From: Parcubacteria group bacterium GW2011_GWA1_40_21
GTDB taxonomy: Bacteria; Patescibacteriota; Minisyncoccia; Phycocordibacterales; GWA1-40-21
Assembly: GCA_000996205.1 (NCBI GenBank)
Contig: LBYO01000005.1
Location: forward strand, 1,728 to 65,727
Reading direction: 5' to 3'
Length of the DNA: 64,000 nt
The notes below the pieces were generated by a model. That model was not told the origin of the DNA. It saw only the letters and a program-made list of their open reading frames with translations, and searched no databases. A program made the translations under genes and the position numbers. Below are positions 57,380-64,000 of this stretch, piece after piece (position 1 is the stretch's first letter; each line of letters begins with the position of its first letter).

Positions 57380-58471
57380 ATGACTGGCGCGCTACGCGCC
57401 TCGCTTGCCTTGTCTGTCGATTTGATTTATTATTTAGCAAATATGGAAAATCTCACCAAGCATCAGCTTATTCTCGTCGCTCTTCTCATAAGTTTCGTCA
57501 CATCAATCGCGACAGGTATCGTGACAGTGTCGCTTATGGATCAAGCGCCGAAAGCCGTTATCCAGACTATAAATAGGGTTGTGGAGAGGACGGTTGAACG
57601 AGTCGTGACCGAACCACCAAAGAAAGGAAGCGCTGTGGTTAAAGAAACTATCGTTGTTAAAGAAGAAGATAAGATAATAGAAGCGATTGAAAAGAACGCG
57701 AAAAGCATGGTTAGAATTTACAAAACAGATTCGTCTTCAAGCGCGGAAAATCCTCTTAAATCATTTGTCGGTTTGGGTATAATAATTTCAAAAGAAGGCG
57801 GCATAGCGACTGACGGCGCGATAATCGCGCCGTCAAGCTCGTATTCCGTGGTGCTAAATGACGCTAAAGAGTATGATGTCAAGACGCTACCATTAGAAGT
57901 AAAGAGCGCTATTGAGTTTTTAAAAATAGTTCCAAAAGTTGGAGAAGATTTGTCTTTAACTCCTGTGGTTTTGGCTAATTCCGACACTCTCAAGCTTGGG
58001 CAGACAGTCATATCTTTGGGAGGCAAATTGAGGAATAGCGTTTCTATCGGAGTCATTACGAGCTTCATAGAATCAAGCGATTCAAATTTTGAAAATACAA
58101 CAACGGCTGAAAGCATCGGATTATCATCACAGAATGAATCAACAACAACAACGATGCTGGCTACCGCAGATACCGGGAACCTCGCCGCAATCGTCAATGA
58201 ATCTGTTAAAGAAAATTCTCCTTTGGCCAAAGATTCCAAAGGCTTGCAGGCTAGCGCGGAAAAATCAATGATTCTGATTGAAACTAATATTATTCCGAAC
58301 GACAACACAACCGGCAATCCTTTCATAAATCTTTCAAGCGAAGTGGTGGGAATAAGAGTGAAATCGCCAAACGGCGCTCGGACAATATCATTCGTGCCGA
58401 TAAACGAAGTGAAGAAAAATTTCTCCGAATTGGAGGCATTGAGTAATTCATCAAAACAAAATGCCAATTAA
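57380..58471 (+). CDS. membrane-anchored trypsin-like (S1C/HtrA-like) domain protein, apparently catalytically inactive
   Basis: fold-level similarity to HtrA (GLGIIIS..GIATDGAII; GQTVISLGGKLRNSVSIGVITS; NTTGNPFINLSSEVVGI), but His (TNAHV) and Ser (GNSGGP) positions are replaced. Confidence 0.45.
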   Translation: MTGALRASLALSVDLIYYLANMENLTKHQLILVALLISFVTSIATGIVTVSLMDQAPKAVIQTINRVVERTVERVVTEPPKKGSAVVKETIVVKEEDKIIEAIEKNAKSMVRIYKTDSSSSAENPLKSFVGLGIIISKEGGIATDGAIIAPSSSYSVVLNDAKEYDVKTLPLEVKSAIEFLKIVPKVGEDLSLTPVVLANSDTLKLGQTVISLGGKLRNSVSIGVITSFIESSDSNFENTTTAESIGLSSQNESTTTTMLATADTGNLAAIVNESVKENSPLAKDSKGLQASAEKSMILIETNIIPNDNTTGNPFINLSSEVVGIRVKSPNGARTISFVPINEVKKNFSELEALSNSSKQNAN

Positions 58472-58617
58472 ATTTTACACTTTGAATTATGAAAAATTAT
58501 TCTGATTTCCTAAAAACCTACAACCTAACACCTACCACCCACAACCTGTTCGGCAGTTTGACAAGCCTTAAAAAGTCGGTATAATGCGAATATATTGAAT
58601 AATATTTAGAAAAATTT

Positions 58618-61314
58618 ATGCCTCCATTTACTCAATTCACAACAAAAGCAAAAGAAGCCGTGAGAAAAGCTCACGAGCTTGCCATTGAGCGGGGACAAAA
58701 TCATGTGAACCCGCTTCATCTTCTCTCGGCGCTAATCTTACAGGAAGAAAGTATGGTGTCTTCAATATTAGACAAGCTGGAAGTGGACATCATTCTTCTC
58801 ACGGACTCTCTGCTTGAAGCGATTGAGACAAATGAAACATCAAATACGATTTCTCCTTCTTATCAGCTTTACCTTACTCCTGAATTGGCCCAGACTATTG
58901 AAGGTGCCGGCAAAGTTGCCGCATCTCTTAAAGATGATTTTATTTCAACCGAGCATCTTTTCATCGCTCTTTTTGACGCGGCTCAAACGGCCCGTGAAAT
59001 ACTTAGCCGATTTAAAATTGACAAGGCTGGCGTAATGAGAGTTCTTGAAGAGCTCAAGACTAGCAAGGTGACGGATGTTCATCTTCCCAAGAAAAACAAA
59101 TCCATATCAAGATACACCAGAAGCCTGACGAAGCTAGCCCAAGAAAACAAGCTTGACCCAGTCATCGGGCGCGATGATGAGATTTCAAGAATAATCCAAA
59201 TTCTTTCCAGAAGAACAAAAAACAATCCTATCTTAATTGGAGAGGCCGGAGTGGGCAAGACCGCGATCGTGGAAGGATTGGCGATAAGAATGGCTTTGGG
59301 CGATGTGCCGGAATCTCTCAAGGAGAAAGAGCTCGTGTCGCTTGATCTCGGTGCGCTTGTGGCTGGCACGAAATACCGAGGCGAATTTGAAGAGAGATTA
59401 AAAAACATAATCAAAGAAATTGAGCGGGCGGAGGGAAAGATTATCGTGTTCATAGACGAAATACACACAATCGTCGGCGCCGGTTCTGCCGAAGGTTCGC
59501 TTGACGCTTCCAATATGCTGAAGCCCGCTCTTTCTCGCGGAGAATTCCGATCTATCGGAGCAACGACGCTTAAAGAATATCAAAAACATATTGAAAAAGA
59601 CCCGGCGCTCACGAGAAGATTCCAGCCTGTGTATGTGAACGAGCCTTTGCTTGAAGACGCGGTGGCTATCTTGCGCGGACTAAAAGAGAAATACGAGCTG
59701 TATCACGGGGTGAGGATTACCGATGACGCTATTTTGGCCGCCGTCAACCTAAGCAGCAGATACATCACCGACAGATTCTTGCCGGACAAAGCTATAGACC
59801 TCATAGACGAATCGGCCTCGGCTCTTAAGATTTCACTGGAAAATATGCCGCCGATTCTTGAAGAGACTCGAAGAAAAGTTATGCGGCTTGAAATTGAAAG
59901 AGAAGCGCTTCGAAAGGAAATTGAAATTGGAAGCAAAAAATCGATTAAAGCCAGAATCAAAAAAATTGAGAAAGACATAGCCGATTTGAAAGAGAAAACT
60001 TCGGAAATAGAGCTTAAGTGGAAAAATGAAAAAAATATTCTTTCCGACATAAAATCAATCAAGAAACAGCTTGAATCCCTGAGAATGGATGCGGAAGGGG
60101 CGGAGGCGCGGGCGGATCTTTCTAAAGCGGCCGAGATAAGATACGGCAAAATACCCCAGCTAGAGAAAGATTTGGAAATGAAACTAAAGAGGCTGAAAAC
60201 TCTGCAAAGCACGAGAAGAATTCTTAAAGAGGAAATAACTGAAGCCGATATCGCGTCAGTCGTTTCTCGCTGGACAGGGATACCGACTGCCAGAATGTTG
60301 GAAGAAGAAGCTGAAAAGCTGAACAGAATGGAAGAAACGCTCAAAAAAAGAATAATCGGTCAAGATGAAGCGGTCAAAAAAATCGCCGATACGATAAAAA
60401 GATCTCGGGCGGGAATCGCTGATCCGAACAGGCCTATCGGCTCATTTATATTTTTGGGTCCGACTGGAGTGGGGAAGACCGAACTCACAAAAGCTCTGGC
60501 TGGATTCGTATTTGACGACGAAAAATCGCTTATTCGCGTGGATATGTCGGAATTTATGGAAAAGCATTCGGTGTCCAAGCTTATCGGCGCTCCGCCCGGA
60601 TATGTCGGACACGAAGAGGGCGGAACTTTCACCGAGATGATTCGGCACAGGCCATATTCCATTATTCTTTTTGACGAGATTGAAAAAGCTCATCCGGAGG
60701 TGTTTAATATATTGTTGCAGATTTTGGACAACGGAAGATTGACTGATGCCAAAGGAAGATTGGTGAATTTTAAAAACGCTGTGATTATTATGACTTCCAA
60801 TATTGGAGCTCAATACATAGACAAAATGGAACAAATTGGATTCAAGGATGTTTCTGTTACCGGCGACGATAATTATCTGAATGTAAAAAACAAAGTCCTC
60901 GCGAGCCTCAAGGATTATTTCAGGCCGGAATTTCTAAACCGGCTTGACGATATAATTGTCTTTGATATTTTGAGTCAGGACGCGATAAAAGAGATTGTAA
61001 AAATCCAAGTTGATATTGTTAAAGAAAGGCTATCGGCAAAAGAAATCAAAATGGAAGTTTCGCCGGAAGCGCTTTCCTATTTGGCGAAAGAAGGGTATAA
61101 TCCGCACTACGGCGCGAGACCGCTTAAGCGTCTGATTCAAAATAAGATATTAACCCAAATTGCGTCTTCTATGATATCTAAAAACCTCTCCAAGGGTGAT
61201 GCGGTATTCGTAAATTTGAAAGGAGAAGAATTTGATTTTGAAATCAAGAAAGGCAAAAAGGGAAGATTGCTTTCGGATTTGAGCAGGGTGAGTAGAAAGG
61301 AAAGCGTCGTTTAG
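58618..61314 (+). CDS. clpB: AAA+ disaggregase ClpB
   Basis: two Walker A boxes GEAGVGKT and GPTGVGKT, middle coiled-coil domain, Clp N-domain. Confidence 0.92.
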   Translation: MPPFTQFTTKAKEAVRKAHELAIERGQNHVNPLHLLSALILQEESMVSSILDKLEVDIILLTDSLLEAIETNETSNTISPSYQLYLTPELAQTIEGAGKVAASLKDDFISTEHLFIALFDAAQTAREILSRFKIDKAGVMRVLEELKTSKVTDVHLPKKNKSISRYTRSLTKLAQENKLDPVIGRDDEISRIIQILSRRTKNNPILIGEAGVGKTAIVEGLAIRMALGDVPESLKEKELVSLDLGALVAGTKYRGEFEERLKNIIKEIERAEGKIIVFIDEIHTIVGAGSAEGSLDASNMLKPALSRGEFRSIGATTLKEYQKHIEKDPALTRRFQPVYVNEPLLEDAVAILRGLKEKYELYHGVRITDDAILAAVNLSSRYITDRFLPDKAIDLIDESASALKISLENMPPILEETRRKVMRLEIEREALRKEIEIGSKKSIKARIKKIEKDIADLKEKTSEIELKWKNEKNILSDIKSIKKQLESLRMDAEGAEARADLSKAAEIRYGKIPQLEKDLEMKLKRLKTLQSTRRILKEEITEADIASVVSRWTGIPTARMLEEEAEKLNRMEETLKKRIIGQDEAVKKIADTIKRSRAGIADPNRPIGSFIFLGPTGVGKTELTKALAGFVFDDEKSLIRVDMSEFMEKHSVSKLIGAPPGYVGHEEGGTFTEMIRHRPYSIILFDEIEKAHPEVFNILLQILDNGRLTDAKGRLVNFKNAVIIMTSNIGAQYIDKMEQIGFKDVSVTGDDNYLNVKNKVLASLKDYFRPEFLNRLDDIIVFDILSQDAIKEIVKIQVDIVKERLSAKEIKMEVSPEALSYLAKEGYNPHYGARPLKRLIQNKILTQIASSMISKNLSKGDAVFVNLKGEEFDFEIKKGKKGRLLSDLSRVSRKESVV

Positions 61315-61350
61315 TTTATAAAAACTTGGTAATCGGAGTACCAAGTGTAA

Positions 61351-61434
61351 TGCGTAGGTGGCAGAGCGGTCAATTGCATCAGACTGTAAATCTGACGCCC
61401 TATGGGCTACGGGGGTTCAAATCCCTCCCTACGC
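61351..61434 (+). tRNA. tRNA-Tyr (anticodon GTA), long variable arm, no encoded CCA
   Basis: acceptor gcgtagg/cctacgc, anticodon stem-loop cagac-tGTAaa-tctg (G-U closing), variable arm cgccctatgggctac, T-arm gggggttcaaatccctcc. Confidence 0.8.
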
Positions 61435-61724
61435 ACAGCGAGTCTTCGAGTTGGGCAGGAAGAAGCGCGGGGCGCTTCTGTGAGGGATTTGAAGCCCGAT
61501 TGAGCCGAGCTTGGAGTGTCTTCACGAACAAGCGAGCCAATCGGGGTACTGAACGAGTAGCGTTCAAATCCCTCCCTACGCACTAAGAAAAAATGCCAGA
61601 TTCTTTATCTGGTATTTTTTGTTAGTCGCGGAGGGATTTGAAGGTCGGAGCGCGACGGCGCGAGACGGGGTCGCGGGATTTTTCAGCAGAAAAATACCCG
61701 TGACCAAATCCCTCCCTACGCACC
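61435..61724 (+). repeat. tRNA-Tyr-associated modular elements: two tandem units, each = inverted T-arm copy ... direct copy of tRNA-Tyr 3' end; unit 2 has the GC-rich core shared with the tRNA-Leu element
   Basis: gagggatttgaag (61491, 61631), ttcaaatccctccctacgca direct copies at 61564 and 61704 (the latter followed by cca), core cggagcgcgacggcgcgagacggggtcgcg 61645..61674, hairpin ttttcagcagaaaa. Confidence 0.75.
61587..61620 (+). terminator. rho-independent terminator inside the tRNA-Tyr element array
   Basis: gccagat tcttt atctggt followed by attttttg. Confidence 0.6.
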
Positions 61725-61824
61725 ACTTCGCTTTGTTTTCACAAAGCTACTCGGTGCAAGCACAAAATTGAGTCCCCGAAATTTCGGGCGTAAAAAAACA
61801 TTCCTGATGGAATGTTAAGTTTAA

Positions 61825-61915
61825 TATGGCAGGCAAATGGTAGAGAGTTGATTAGGAGAAAAACCCTCGTTTCTTGAATCCGTTTTGGCGTATCGGTAAA
61901 CCATCTGCCTGCCAT
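61825..61915. repeat. 18-bp inverted repeat pair flanking a 55-nt spacer
   Basis: atatggcaggcaaatggt ... accatctgcctgccatat (one mismatch). Confidence 0.5.
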
Positions 61916-62060
61916 ATTATATAACTATATCGAACATTATTCTGTTTTTATTATATTGGTATGCGGCAATAAGTCAAAAACAATAGGCTTTAAACGACAT
62001 GCTAGTTGAATTGATTGAGTAGTGTTTTCTTTTTATCTTTTTTTGCTATTATGCTTTTGT

Positions 62061-64000
62061 ATGAATATGAAACATAAAGCAAAAATTTTTCATTTTGTCG
62101 GATATGAATTTGATGTAAATGCCAGAAAAATATTTTTCAAATATCGCATAGAATTTTATAATCAACATTCTTTAAATTTTACCGAAACGATTATTTTTCC
62201 GAATCACCCAAAAAAATTAAAAGAAGAATCAATCCAAAAAATTCTTGAATCTTTGCTTATTGTTTTGGGTATTAGTTATTACAAATTATATTGCCCTCCG
62301 CGAGTGACAATGCCTTTCAGGCTTTCACGAGAACAAGCGGATTTCTGGAATACCGTTTATAGAAAAGGACTTGGAGAATTTTTATACAGGAACAAACTTG
62401 ACCCAAAGCGATTGGCAAAATTTTCATACTCCAACATTAAAATTTATCCGGATAGAATTAAAACTCAAGACCGCGCCCTTTTGGGAATTGGCGGGGGCAA
62501 AGATTCAATTGTGGCCGCAGAATTATTGAAAGATTTTGACATAGTTTCTTTCTTGGTTGAGACGCAAAAGCAAGATCTAATTTCTGACAGTGTTATTGAT
62601 AAAATCGGCAGACCGTCTTTGAAAATAAGAAGGGTGCTTGATCTTAAAATATTTGAAAAACACGATGGGGCGTATAACGGACATATTCCAATCTCGGCAA
62701 TTTTTGCGTTTTTGGGACTTCTCACGGCAGCTATTTATGAATACAAATATGTGATTGTCGCAAATGAACACAGCAGTAATTTTGGCAACTTGCAGTATAA
62801 AGGAGAAATCATAAATCATCAGTGGAGCAAGTCTGTTGAGTTTGAGTCGCTGTTTCAAGAATATACAAGGAAATTCATTACGCCGGACATAGTCTATTTT
62901 TCGCTACTTAGGCAGTTTTATGAAATCAGAATCGCGCGGATGTTCGTCGAACATAAAAAATACTTTCCGCTGTTTGCCAGTTGCAACAGAAACTTCAGAG
63001 TTTTCAAAGACCGTCCCGGCTCTCTGTGGTGCGGCGAGTGTCCAAAATGCGCCTTTGCTTTTTTGATGTTGGCCTCGTTTGTTGGCAAAAAAGAAGTCAT
63101 TGGCATATTTAAGAAAAATCTTTTTGCGGATAAATTACTTCTTCCCCTTTTCCAAGATTTGCTCGGGTTTGGAAAACTTAAGCCGTTTGATTGCGTTGGG
63201 ACATTTGAAGAATCGCAAACAGCCCTTTTTCTCGCTTCAAAAAAATTCAAAAATGAAATTATAATAAAAACTTTTTTACCAAAAATAAGGAATCCTGAAA
63301 AACTTATAGAACGGGTTTTTAAAACATATCCGGCACCGACAGTTCCGACACCTTTTCGTTTTCTCGGCATTAAGAATGTTTGTATTTTGGGTTACGGCAA
63401 AGAAGGCAAAATCACGGAAAAATATATCAAGAAAAACCATCCAAATTTAAAAATAGGCATTCTTGATCAAACCACGGATAAGAAATATCTTGAACGGCAG
63501 AAAAACTACGATTTGGCGATTAAAACACCCGGAATCGCCAAAGAAAAAGTTAAAATTCCCTATACTACCGCCACAAATATTTTCTTTTCTCAAAATAAAA
63601 ATTTCATTATAGGGGTCACCGGGAGCAAGGGAAAAAGCACGACAGCAAGCCTTATCTATGAAATTATTAAAGCTTCTGGTAAAAAAGTTCGTCTGATTGG
63701 CAACATTGGAAATCCGATGCTGGAAGTTCTTTTTACGAAAATTGATCCTAATGAGATTTTTGTCGCGGAGCTTTCCAGTTATATGCTGGACGACATAGAA
63801 TATTCTCCCAATATCGCTTTGCTTTTAAATCTTTTTCCTGACCATATGGATTATCACGGCGGAGTTGAAAATTATTACAAAGCCAAGAAAAACTTTTTTA
63901 AATTTCAGAAACAAGGAGATTTGGCCGTCAAACCGCCTTTTGATGAAAAAATTCCGCTTCAAAAAAGTGAAATTCCTTTGATTGGCGCTCACAACATTAA
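62061..64000 (+). CDS. murD: fusion protein (partial, runs off the window): N-terminal PP-loop ATPase domain (MurL-like?) + C-terminal UDP-N-acetylmuramoyl-L-alanine--glutamate ligase MurD
   Basis: own translation finds no stop from 62061 to the window end; PP-loop GIGGGKDS and CGECPKC in the N-terminal part; MurD motifs ILGYGKEG, GVTGSKGKSTTASL, GNIGNPMLE, ELSSYML, DHMDYHGG..NYY.AK in the C-terminal part; absent from the ORF track because no stop in window. Confidence 0.7.
   Translation, partial: MNMKHKAKIFHFVGYEFDVNARKIFFKYRIEFYNQHSLNFTETIIFPNHPKKLKEESIQKILESLLIVLGISYYKLYCPPRVTMPFRLSREQADFWNTVYRKGLGEFLYRNKLDPKRLAKFSYSNIKIYPDRIKTQDRALLGIGGGKDSIVAAELLKDFDIVSFLVETQKQDLISDSVIDKIGRPSLKIRRVLDLKIFEKHDGAYNGHIPISAIFAFLGLLTAAIYEYKYVIVANEHSSNFGNLQYKGEIINHQWSKSVEFESLFQEYTRKFITPDIVYFSLLRQFYEIRIARMFVEHKKYFPLFASCNRNFRVFKDRPGSLWCGECPKCAFAFLMLASFVGKKEVIGIFKKNLFADKLLLPLFQDLLGFGKLKPFDCVGTFEESQTALFLASKKFKNEIIIKTFLPKIRNPEKLIERVFKTYPAPTVPTPFRFLGIKNVCILGYGKEGKITEKYIKKNHPNLKIGILDQTTDKKYLERQKNYDLAIKTPGIAKEKVKIPYTTATNIFFSQNKNFIIGVTGSKGKSTTASLIYEIIKASGKKVRLIGNIGNPMLEVLFTKIDPNEIFVAELSSYMLDDIEYSPNIALLLNLFPDHMDYHGGVENYYKAKKNFFKFQKQGDLAVKPPFDEKIPLQKSEIPLIGAHNI

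Noticed and set aside
61435-61583. Second tRNA-Tyr gene or intron-containing tRNA after the first
   Set aside because: Only the last ~21 nt of tRNA-Tyr are present. No 5' acceptor strand (gcgtagg), D-arm or anticodon arm could be found upstream, even allowing an intron.
62465-63370. Three minus-strand ORFs (62465..62725, 62577..62858, 62918..63370) from the ORF track
   Set aside because: They lie antisense to a long uninterrupted plus-strand reading frame with clear PP-loop and MurD motifs. They are treated as spurious.

Overview
This window looks like a low-GC, genome-reduced bacterial chromosome, most likely from the Candidate Phyla Radiation (Parcubacteria-like). The evidence is a short IF-2, a short AlaRS, many small membrane proteins, an archaeal-type CMP kinase, UMP kinase and arginine decarboxylase, an archease, and weak or absent Shine-Dalgarno sequences on many genes.

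The core content is housekeeping:
- a ribosomal/RNAP cluster (infA, rpmJ, rpsM, rpsK, rpsD, rpoA, rplQ, then rplM, rpsI);
- the chaperones grpE, dnaK, dnaJ and clpB;
- typA, infB, rbfA, mnmA, alaS, murJ, mltG, nrdJ, pcm, a MazG-like protein, iscS-like cysteine desulfurase, and an ABC1 kinase;
- an RNase P RNA and four tRNAs (Lys, Leu, Cys, Tyr).

Around this core there is an unusually dense load of small non-coding repeats:
- an IS200-like REP-associated tyrosine transposase (RAYT) flanked by REP-like palindromes;
- two MITE-like families sharing an 'attacgaaa' terminal inverted repeat (one copy carries a nested insertion with a target-site duplication);
- a 'ccctccccagtttt...aaaactggggaggg' hairpin family that also occurs inside rnpB;
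- a 'gtcattccc...gggaatccag' family.

The most striking observation concerns three of the four tRNA genes (Lys, Leu, Tyr). Each is followed by a modular ~120-150 bp element with these parts:
- an inverted copy of that tRNA's own T-arm;
- a shared 'ttttcagcagaaaa' hairpin;
- a direct copy of the tRNA's last ~20 nt. In the Tyr copy this includes a CCA that the gene itself does not encode.

The Leu and Tyr elements also share a near-identical 30-nt GC-rich core. I could not match this arrangement to any described element class.

Between dnaJ and tRNA-Lys sits an accessory, defence-like segment:
- a Fic protein transcribed from a near-consensus promoter as a probably leaderless mRNA;
- an orphan M.EcoRI-like adenine methyltransferase;
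- an extremely AT-rich ORF;
- a RhuM-family protein;
- a DUF262/HNH (GmrSD-like) type IV restriction enzyme.

Four further oddities:
- an ATP-cone/Mrr-nuclease fusion sits next to a solitary Cas4-like PD-(D/E)XK nuclease;
- a membrane-anchored trypsin-like protein appears to lack its catalytic residues;
- a free-standing HNH endonuclease lies between tRNA-Leu and tRNA-Cys;
- at the window edge a long ORF (absent from the ORF track because it runs off the end) fuses a PP-loop ATPase domain, possibly MurL-like, to MurD.
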